A stretch of DNA of 43,053 nt from Catajapyx aquilonaris (lineage: Eukaryota): the NCBI GenBank assembly GCA_000934665.2, contig KZ538873.1, positions 1-43,053 of the forward strand, written 5' to 3'. Below the pieces are notes generated by a model that was not told the DNA's origin, ran no database searches, and saw nothing but the letters and a program-made list of their open reading frames with translations. Shown here one piece after another: positions 1 through 9,660 of the stretch; positions within the stretch are counted from its first letter, which is position 1; the number at the start of each line of letters is the position of its first letter. The translations under genes and the position numbers were made by a program.

Positions 1-30
1 TATGCTTTCTAAACTGTGTCACATATTAGC

Positions 31-2911
31 TTAGTTGTTATTAAAGGCAAGGTTATAATGAGCCCCATTTGCTTCACTGGTAATGTCAGTTAGAACAATG
101 TCACTAAATTCAACAGCTGCAGTGTCATGTGGAAATGCCGGATTTTCCTTTCTGTTTCGCCTCATCTGCATGATGATGCTGTACCCCTCCTGAATCAAGG
201 GCACCAAAATAATGAAACCGGTGGCCAAATAGGCCCATCCTCGAGTAATAGTAGTCCAGATCAGGAATCCATACTGAGTCAGGATATCCACACCCAGAAG
301 CATGGCCAGTGGCCACACCAGAAGAAGCATCAGCACCAGGGACACAGCGGTGATCAGAGCTGTCAGCCATGCTGGACGGAACTTCTTGACCACCACGTCC
401 AAAGCAGGCCTATCATGGATGACCTTACGAGAACCCTTTAAGTTCAGCTCCTTTTCGTACCCTTCGAACCACGGACGAAGAGGGTTGTCGATATTTCGTG
501 TCTTCTCCCACTCTGCAGCCTTCTCTGCGTCTGTCCAGTGGGGCTTGGATATGATGGACACCACCACGGTAATAATCCCACCGCCCAAAATGGCCACGAC
601 GTTGCCCACCAGCATGGATCGTTCCTGAACATGAATATTTTTAGTAAATGTCCAACAACAGTGGGTTCAACTTACATTTCCTGTGTTCTCCAAGAAGTTG
701 GACAACCCTCCTGGTAGTGTTGATGCGTATGCAAGCCAGCTGATTAGAGCCAGGATCAATCCAGAGAGGCTTCCAGTCACAACGCCTTTAACACAGAAAT
801 GTATTTAAAGTTGATGATAACTAATTTAAGTTTTGACATACCCGAAGCTGTAGCTCTTGTCCACATGATTGAAAACGCGATGGGAAAAACAGCGCTGGAG
901 ATAAGGACTCCTATTAGGAGGTACAGCCAGTTCAGATCTAATGTGGCATATGTGGCTAGAAGACTCAGGATGACGGATAATATAGTGGCGTTGACTATCC
1001 ACCAGTTCTTGTAGTACAACAGCTTATCCATGTACTCTCGGTACTCTTTATGGACTGAGCATGTGAAGTGAGGTTTCACCAAACCTCTGACTGTTGCACG
1101 GGCTGCATTGTCATTCTGCAGTGAAATTTAATTTCAATATGTACCGCATATACCACTGTATACAGTACCTTGCAATCCTGGCAACCTGACATGCTGTGAC
1201 AATTGCACACCATTTCATCTGGTACGTTGCGGTGACCTGGATGTTGGCGGGTCAGACGTGAGCACAATGTGCACTGGTCGTCAGTCAGATCAGTTTTGAA
1301 AGGCTTCAGGTATATCTACGGAACAGACCCATTTAGCATTGACAACATGTAGAAGGTGGGGTGTCGTACCTGGTATATGTCGTACACTACTATGGCAGCA
1401 ACGGCGATGACCTCGGATGACCCGGCAGCCATGACCACCAGGAGAAGTAGGGTCATCATGACAAACTCGCCATTTTTGCTGAGAATATGTTGGGCCACAA
1501 ACGGAGCCACAAGTCCTAAATAAGAGAGATTACTATTACCGCGATGTCGATATGTGTTAGTAGTACTAACTGACCACTCTCGACATCCTTGGAACTTAGA
1601 AGTTCTTCGCCATGAAAGGTGTTAAGGCCAATGTAGGCCAGGCCCATGGTTGTGGCCAAAGCAAATGGTACAGCGAACCATGTTAGCGCGCCCAGTACGA
1701 AGCCCCAAACGCCCTGCAAATTCATGTCATAAGATCACGAAGAGAACAACGACATTTTTGTAACGAGAGAATGATGTAACAATGAACCAACAGTGAATGC
1801 ATGTCTAAAAAAGAGCATTGTTCGCTACACGTGTCTGGCATTATTCGGGAGTAAAGTACTGTGTTGTATAGACAAGTACAGGTTAATGATCGGTTCTCCT
1901 GCTTTGTTTTCCATTCAATAAACCGGTATTCACTGACGTTATATAGTATTACAATTGTGCCATTTAACGCTATTATATTAATATGTGAATGACATTGCTT
2001 AGTTTTATTCATAGTTGCTGTCATGTGAATCAAGTTATCATTCCTCTACTAAAAGACAAACTGTTTCTCACAATAGCATCGTGGATATGCATGTATTTGC
2101 TGAATACAATTGAATTATTCATGCCTACACTGTTGGGCACCAATAATAATTAGCAACATATTTTTGTAACCAGGATTTTCCTCACATAGGTGTTTACCAG
2201 CAGTTTCTGAGAATTAGTGTACTCACATGTAGTGGCTTGGCGGCAATAGATTTCTGCCAGTAAGCTTGATCGCAAAATACTGCACCAAAATTACCAATAA
2301 TGTTTACTACACCAAACACGGCTCCACCTGAAATTAAAATATTCAAATGAACATACTAAAGTGTAAACATCATTCATAATGATTACCTGGCGAGTAAAAT
2401 GTGAAATAGCTTTGTTGATAGTTGTTTTCAGGTCCTTCCCAGCATGAGACTAGATTGTACAACGCATTACTGCTTCCAAATGGGTTCTTTGGATTTTGGG
2501 ATGGATTGTAAAAAACCTACCAAAAGTGATAGTGGTGTAAATATTTTGAAGAAAAATTAATATTAATTCTGCTTACCTCAATAACTAACCAACAGAGTAG
2601 TGAGTATATCATGGCTGTGTTGAAGTACGAAACATAGAACGTGGCTCCAAGACCTCCAATCAAAGTGTATGTGCCAATAATTAAACCCAGAAGAAGAGCC
2701 GCCAAATCGCTTGTTAATCCATCCACCAAACTGCAATAAAGTGTCATTTAAAAACAGCCTCTCATTATTCTAAAAAAAAAAAAATCATACCCAACAATAA
2801 CCGCAATTCCAGACACCATAAGTGCGACTTGAATTATTAAGTTGGTGAGAAGAGCAAAGAAACAAAACACTATATGTGCAGTTTTTCCAAATCGAGCGTA
2901 AATAACCTGCA

Positions 2912-2989
<78 letters not shown>

Positions 2990-3920
2990 TTAATACCTGC
3001 AGGAAAGTCTTGGCTCCAGGTGCTTTTGTTTTAAGTTGAATAGACAATATGGCAAAAAGGATAATTTGTATTGTTGCTCCAGCAGCGTACCAATAAGGAC
3101 CACTCAAGCCGTACTTGAAAGAAAAATTGGTTTAGTAACAAGCTGCCTTTGGAACCGTAATTAATTTACCTTCGCTGCTACTGTGCAACTCTGTAAGAGT
3201 GTTGCTCCCCATGTCCAATGTGACACAATAGTACTGGCAGTCAAGCTAATGGACACTGTCCCACCTGCGTCGAAGGCAGTGTCCAGGTTTTTGGCATCAT
3301 GAAAGACATTCTTACGGATCTGCATTAGAAAACATATGCAAAAACTCATGGTTTGTCAGTATACTTATATTACTCACAGAATAAAATGAAGTGGCAATTA
3401 AGGCGGACAGGACACCAATGGCCAATATGACAAGAACTGCGTATCCTAATGGAATCCCTTTCACAAGTCCTAGCTTATGGCCATATGATGAATTTTTCTT
3501 AGTACAGTGGACATCCGGTGAAACTGTCCAAACCGGAGTTGCTTGAGGTGTACTTGATGTTGCAACAGTTGCCTGTGGACTAGTAGTTTCCGAAATAGTT
3601 ATTGGAGCACTACTAGTAACTGTTGTTGTTGCTTCTGAGCTTGGTTCAGCAGGTGCTTGTGAACTAGCACTTGTGGAAACAGTTTCTTGTGGATTAGTAG
3701 TTGCTTGTGAACTACTAATTGTTGTTGATTCTTGGATCGACGGAGCAGAAGGACTCGTGTCAACAGTAGGTTGCTGACTTGTAATTGAAGCTGTTGTTTC
3801 TGGGTTTGCGCTCGATGCAACAGTTGTGGCAACATCAGGCAATGTTGGTGACGTTGAAGGTTCAAGACCAGTGCAAAAGTGCGGTACAACCAGTGCCCAC
3901 ACCAAGAAGTGCAAAATCAT
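31..3920 (-). CDS. DUR3: DUR3-like urea active transporter (sodium:solute symporter family), paralogue A, 13 coding exons, ~906 aa, with signal peptide and Ser/Thr/Pro-rich ectodomain
   Basis: Exons (minus): 3920-3378, 3319-3170, 3113-2997, 2906-2791, 2730-2577, 2516-2387, 2327-2227, 1713-1575, 1515-1370, 1315-1169, 1115-842, 785-676, 624-31. All introns are GT-AG, phases are consistent and the total is 2721 nt. DUR3-type motifs: [100 protein letters not shown]. Confidence 0.9.
2914..2988. repeat. (TAA)25 microsatellite filling most of the 90-nt intron 2907-2996
   Basis: Perfect trinucleotide run read directly. It produces the spurious poly-Tyr tail of ORF 2913..3107. Confidence 0.97.
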
Positions 3921-4396
3921 TTTGTCTAAAGAAAGACAGGTTATCAGGCTTTAATTGATATGTAATTTACCAATAAAAATAATATTGTGTCGACAGCTAA
4001 AGTATCAGAAAAATGTACAGCTAATTCAGTGTCACATACCGTATTAATGATTTCATTAAAATATTTTAACCCAGCAGATGTTACTTACGACTGATTTTGT
4101 AGAAGCAGCTAGAAGAGTGGCTAGCGTGGATGTGAACAAGATGAAAGTTTTCCTATTCGTTATGTTATAGGCGCCTTTCTCGCCTTGACGACAAACTGTT
4201 TTTCTTAATGGAGAGTTGATTACCGCCTTGGGGTCCTCTCGTTTTAAAAGCTAATGGCGATATAGTCAATTTGTGTGCTGTATTGTCAGTTGGTGGAATC
4301 TGGCTAATTGATTCTCGATGTTTTGTTTTCGCTGGTCAATTAAGGTGCTTACGGTCACTCTATGTTGTGTTGTGTTTACATAGCTCGATCGTTACC

Positions 4397-4660
4397 AGAT
4401 CTGGGTCATAGTTCAATGTGATTAATTAGGAGACGATCGTGCTCATTACATCTGTCAACGCATAAGTGATATCTATATATATTTGGACTACGTTCTTAAT
4501 GTGTGACTGATTAGGCCAAATGTTAGGTCATGATGTTACTGTATTAAAGGCATGGAACTTACCTGCACTTTTTCTGATCAATCCGATACAGTTGGCGTAC
4601 GGCAACTAACAGACGCGCATCCTGCAGCAATGTACCCACACACAATGATACACACAATTG
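4397..4660 (-). promoter_or_regulatory. Putative non-coding first exon (donor GTAAGT at 4562) and adjacent intron of DUR3-A
   Basis: TTAAAGGCATGGAACTTACCT is identical at ~4544-4564 and ~18134-18154, and the flanking non-coding sequence aligns between the two paralogues. An acceptor AG at 3927-3926 lies 5 nt before the ATG. A second candidate donor is at 4088. Confidence 0.55.
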
Positions 4661-5024
4661 TTGTTGGCACATAATGACGGTCCCGGAGTGATTGGCAGGT
4701 GGGATCACTGTCAGGTGTCCTTGCTATTTGAAGGAAGGTCCTCTATGCGTCACTAAATTACCATCACTTACAGCTATGACTCCGAAAAAAATGTCACACG
4801 TTCAATATATTAATATTGTGTGAAACATTATTTTATTAGGACAGTTTTCCAGACAACAATGCAGAACTGCTATTCAACATTTACACCAAATGGTGCACTT
4901 TAATATCATCCAAGTAGAAAAAGTACAAAAATGGAACAGTTCAACAATAACATTATTGATAAAATGATAAGCATTATTGAGCATTGATAAGCATTATTGA
5001 GATTATATACGTATAAAAGAGCTA

Positions 5025-6512
5025 TTAGGAGTTATTGATCCAGAAGTACATATCATACGGCTGAAGCTGGATGGACAATTCACGGACATTGTCCTGTGTA
5101 AGAATCAGCTGACTACTCTCCAAGTGAACCATTTCCAAATACTCTCCACATGAATGCAAAATGATTGGAATCACTTCTCTGTTCATGCTGTTGTCATCCA
5201 CCTTGAGAGTACGCAACTCCTTCAGGTTGGAATCACAGAGGAGTTCGTAAACACAGGATTGGAAATATCTGTTATGCACTTTAAGATTCTTCAATTTGCT
5301 GCAGAAGGGTATGAGATATCTCACTTGCTGTTCTGGCACATTTGTCATTTCCAAATGTTCTAATGCTTCAGATCCAGCAAGTGTCATTTTATATGGAAGA
5401 GAAAGTGACATGTATTCGCCATCCAACAGCTTAAGAGACTTTAGATTAGGAAAAATCTCCCTGATCCCTGCCACATTAATAATCCTGCACTCAGTTAGGG
5501 TCAGAGACTTGAGATTTGGGTATGACACATTCATGTTTTGCCTAAAGAGAGAATCAAGGCCAGTAACATTATCCAAATGTAATTCATGGAGACCAAACAT
5601 GCACTTGTCCATCAGGAAAAGGAGGTTTGATGATTCCCCGTTATACGATATTGTCAAGCTCTTTAGGTTGGATAATTCACTAATCATATTTACCTCTGCA
5701 TTGACAAACATTTTCAGACTCAGCTGCTCAAGGTGTGGAAAATTGGTTACAACCTTTTGCACAGAATCAGCTTCATGCACTTTCAGCCGAATTACAAAGT
5801 CCTTCAACTGATAAGCATGTTTGCACAGTGGAAGAACTTTCAGTATACATTTACTATTCATCTGCAATACTTCCAGATTTGGAAGATGGTCAAGGAGGTG
5901 TATAGCTACCTTAGGAGTCATGGAATCAACACATATTCTCTTCAGATGCTTGCAGTTTGAAAGAAGCAGTAATGTGGATTCCATTACACCACAAAGTGAG
6001 CTTCCATCTAGCTTAATACTCTCCAACTGGGGACAGTTTTCAATAACTTTGGCCAAGAGATGTGGCTCTGAATTGAACATAAGATTAATTGATCGCAGGT
6101 TGGCCATTTCTGGGAATGGAATAATATCTGGGCATTCAGCTTGACTGAACTCCCAATTGGGGTCCAGTAAAGCCATTGCAGGTTCAATATTGATCAGATC
6201 ACTCATGATATGAAGACCCCCTAATATATGGTCAGACGAATTGAAATATTTCCCTACGCCATCTTTGCTAATCTGTGTGCACTTGGGATGAAAAGCACTA
6301 GTAATATCAAAGTGGTTTCCCCTACTTGCACACAACCTAAGGACCTCATTGACATATTCGTTTGCAAAAATAATTGGGATGTCCTGCACGTAGAGTCGAA
6401 TCACTTCTTCCTGTTTTCCATCACTCTTTTTGCATGAATTGACTGTTAACTCGGCCAAAACACGCAAACATGAGGACCGGAGACTTGGAGGCTGCTTTCT
6501 CCTTGGCATCAT
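5025..6512 (-). CDS. Leucine-rich-repeat (RNI/AMN1-like) protein with N-terminal BC-box-like motif, 495 aa, single coding exon
   Basis: Long ORF with repeated LxxLxL units (NLRSINL, CPQLESIKL, CKHLKRICV, LPNLEVLQM, FPHLEQLSL, YPNLKSLTL, FPNLKSLKL). N-terminal PPSLRSSCLRVL. The ATG immediately follows an acceptor (CTTACAG|ATG), implying an upstream UTR exon. Confidence 0.85.
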   Translation of the reverse strand: MMPRRKQPPSLRSSCLRVLAELTVNSCKKSDGKQEEVIRLYVQDIPIIFANEYVNEVLRLCASRGNHFDITSAFHPKCTQISKDGVGKYFNSSDHILGGLHIMSDLINIEPAMALLDPNWEFSQAECPDIIPFPEMANLRSINLMFNSEPHLLAKVIENCPQLESIKLDGSSLCGVMESTLLLLSNCKHLKRICVDSMTPKVAIHLLDHLPNLEVLQMNSKCILKVLPLCKHAYQLKDFVIRLKVHEADSVQKVVTNFPHLEQLSLKMFVNAEVNMISELSNLKSLTISYNGESSNLLFLMDKCMFGLHELHLDNVTGLDSLFRQNMNVSYPNLKSLTLTECRIINVAGIREIFPNLKSLKLLDGEYMSLSLPYKMTLAGSEALEHLEMTNVPEQQVRYLIPFCSKLKNLKVHNRYFQSCVYELLCDSNLKELRTLKVDDNSMNREVIPIILHSCGEYLEMVHLESSQLILTQDNVRELSIQLQPYDMYFWINNS

Positions 6513-7082
6513 CTGTAAGAGAAATTAAATGTTTCAGTACACTGATTAAAGCAATACATGTACCGGTACCTAACCGGCAAGTCCTAACCGGCAAGTCGGT
6601 ACAGCAAGGGTGTGTCGCTGGGTCTTTGATCTCCTTTTCTTCAACCAGTTCAATTGATCTGCCTGCCAACAACAAGAGACTAGATGATCCTCGCTTCTCC
6701 TGCAAGGTCACCTACTGTGGGAATATGCATATATGCTATATATTTTGCCAGTCACGTCCAAGGTCACGTCGCAATTGCAGGGAAACAAGTGTGGCCAGGC
6801 CAAATTAAACTAAATTAACTCTCTCATTTTATCTTCATTTCTAGTCTTAAACACTTATTAATTTCCCATCCGCGTTTTAGGACATTTAATTAGTAGGGTG
6901 TTGTAAATAGACAAAGCAACGTTATGACGCAAAGGAGGCGGGACATTCGAGCTTTTAATTCCACTGTACTGTACGGTATTGTACAGTACAATCGAGATGG
7001 ATAATAAAAAATAATGATCATGACATTACAGGAGTGGAGTTTTCTTATTTGTGTCACCAATGAAAATTCTAACACCCATATA

Positions 7083-7618
7083 CAGTTGAATCCGGATATA
7101 ACAAACTTCAAGATATGGCGAAAAAAGTATGTTATAACCGAGCTAGGTTTTTTATAGCCAAATCGCCTCTTTTGAAACAAATACACAAATTTTTTGCTTT
7201 ACATAATAATATGTTTATATACTGCATACATTAATGAACATATCCACAAAAATGCGAAATTAGCGCCCCCGTAAATTAGGCGGGACCAAAAAAAATCCGA
7301 AATTTTCTTCTGTCGTCTGCTTGTTTCCAAATATACAAGAAAAAGTATGACTTTGAGTAGCTTGGATCAGTGACAGAGGAGAAAATCACCCCCGATCCTC
7401 TGCCTTCCTGTGGGTGGGAAAGGAAGGGATGAGTAATCAAAAACAGCATATTTTCCCGCCTCGCCGGCGTGATGTGAAAATGAGTCTGTTATATCAGGAG
7501 TAAACATACACAAACCATATTAACTTATATGGAAGTATGCCGGGACCGGCCTTTCGAGTCTAAACCGAAAGTCCGTTATAGCCGAGGCTGTTATATCCGG
7601 ATAGTTACGATTCAACTG
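7083..7618. mobile_element. Non-autonomous Tc1/mariner-pogo-like DNA element (MITE-type)
   Basis: Left end is TA|CAGTTGAATCCGGATATAAC. Right end is GTTATATCCGGAT[agttacgat]TCAACTG|TG, the same TIR with a 9-nt insertion and a degenerate TA. Internal repeats GTTATAACCGAG and GTTATAGCCGAG. No transposase ORF. Confidence 0.7.
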
Positions 7619-8171
7619 TGTGGAAGGAATGATTGACCAGCTAATTTCATGGCAGGAAAAATCATTTCAATTCATTTTTATAGTACATATTATAATAATA
7701 ACTGGGGCTTTATTGTTGTGTACTATGGATGTAGGCTACTGCTAAGTATAGGAATAAGTATAGTAATTACAATTAAACAATTCCACCGAATAACTGTATG
7801 TAATATGCTGATCCTAATTTCGTGTGATGGTATATATATATATACCTATGAGATTATTCGTTGGCATCCCATTCTTTTGGGAAATTCCATTTTGGATGAG
7901 ATTATGACTCTTTTGTATGACAAACTTAGGAGCAACTTCCACTAAATATGTGGCTATTTAAGATAAAAGTGACTCTGGAGCAAATTTTTAATTGCATGAA
8001 ACGGACATCACTATTAATTTGAACACTAATTGCACTACAGTGCATGCTACGTAGGCCACATGCTATAATTACTCTTTATGGTGACAGAAAACGACCCCAC
8101 AATTCATATGAAGTGATATTAAATCATTCATAAATTCAGCTGCATCCCCATATGCTCGCAGAATTTAATGG

Positions 8172-8272
8172 TATAAATACGTAGTTCAGTCTCGATTTCT
8201 CTGCACATCTGATCTGATCTTCACAGTCAGACTTATTCCACTACCTGGACAAAATCTAGTGCACATCGAAAG
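8172..8272 (+). promoter_or_regulatory. TATA box and non-coding first exon of the lipocalin gene
   Basis: TATAAATA at 8172, donor AAG|GTAAGG at 8273, and acceptor TCTCAAG at 8397 three nt before ATG 8401. Confidence 0.55.
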
Positions 8273-8400
8273 GTAAGGAATAAACTAAAGTTTAGATCAT
8301 AGTTATTAAGTAGGCTTAAAATTTTGTCGGAAATCTCTATATTTGTAATATTATTTGATGTTCACGTAAATTAAGTTAAACTGATTGTTATCTCAAGGCG

Positions 8401-9240
8401 ATGGCGATCTATGCACAACTCTTGATTCTTGCGAGTCTGGCCATTGCTTTGGTACAGTCTAAATGCAGCGACCCAACAGCACTCGAATCGGTCAACATTT
8501 CCAAGGTAAGCATACAATATTTTCCAGTGATGAACGGTAAATGCGAATTTAATCTAAATTATATACAGTTAGTAATTTTTATTCGTTAATCCATAGGAAT
8601 TCGTTTAAAAGTAATTGATGCTATGATATTCTCTTGATGTTTTTCTAGATCGTCGGTGAGTGGAACATTGTTAATATATCCGAGGTGGAACCAAGGACCG
8701 TTTGCGGGGTCATGAGGCACTACATTGATGACCCAACTGGTGTCCTCAAAATGCAGGCTCGATATTGTGACTCTGGGGTGAAGAGACATGAAGGGAATAC
8801 CGCAACTCTGATTCTGGCACATGCCAGGTTCCAATCCGAGTGCAACGACAGCACCAGGTTCACCGCCAGAGTCTCTCTGGACCAACGAGCTTCCGTGCCA
8901 TACGATGAGACATACTACCAGAAGGTCATTCTGAGTGACAATTTCGATAGATATGTCGTGTGGTACACCTGCATACCGAAGAGCTATGTTGACCCAGGTA
9001 TAGTGCTTTACCAACAGTTTTTGATCAGCATTTATTATTTAATTTTAATATCTACTAAATTGGCAAAAATTGACTAAATCATTGCTTTCAGAACCTACTG
9101 ATATGATAATGATATTCTGGAACAGCACAGTCCCGGAAGATCAGAAGACGATTAAACAAGTGATCGCCGACGCGAAGAAGAAGGTTCCCGATGCATACAA
9201 ATTTCATCCCACTAACAACGACGAGTGCTGCCAAAAGTGA
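8401..9240 (+). CDS. Secreted lipocalin (ApoD/calycin-like), 3 coding exons, ~200 aa
   Basis: Exons 8401-8505, 8649-8997, 9092-9240 (603 nt, GT-AG, phases 0 and 1). Signal peptide MAIYAQLLILASLAIALVQS. Lipocalin motif 1 NISKIVGEWNIV (GxW), motif 2-like VILSDNFDRYVVWYTC, and C-terminal NNDECC. AATAAA at ~9328. Confidence 0.8.
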
Positions 9241-9626
9241 TATTTAATATTTGGCTGAGCTCAATATTACAATTTTCTTCACATTTCGAATTATGTTACA
9301 GTAATACCGCATATTAGTATATGCCTGTAATAAAAATGATGGGATAAAATAATTTGGAGTTTACTTATGGTGACAATAACTATACAATCCTAACAAGCTA
9401 CGTGCAAACAAAATTTTTGAGCTCGCTGAAAATTATTTGGGAATAATTAACTTGTTTTGGTAATTAGCTGGAATGGGCTCTGGCGGCATTTGCCTGATGC
9501 AATCTGTTGATCGCCCTTTGATGTATACGCTATGAACGCTATTGGAAACCGGAGGATACTGCGTAGTTGCGGTGCTGTTTGTAAATAATTGCATATTATA
9601 ACTGCATTCGGAGTGGCCAAGTCATA

Positions 9627-9654
9627 CAGTACTTGGGCCACGTCAGTGCTTGGG
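9627..9654 (+). repeat. Left copy of 28-bp inverted repeat flanking the IR gene
   Basis: CAGTACTTGGGCCACGTCAGTGCTTGGG, preceded by TA. It matches the reverse complement of 12530-12557 at 27/28 positions. Confidence 0.9.
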
Positions 9655-9660
9655 TGAATC

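Noticed and set aside
2913..3107. ORF ending in a long poly-Tyr tract
   Set aside because: It is read-through of a real DUR3 exon into an intronic (TAA)n microsatellite. The donor is at 2996.
6560..6600. Tandem 14-bp duplication CCTAACCGGCAAGT, and GATAAGCATTATTGA repeats at ~4966-5000
   Set aside because: Two-copy local slippage duplications in non-coding DNA with no further structure.
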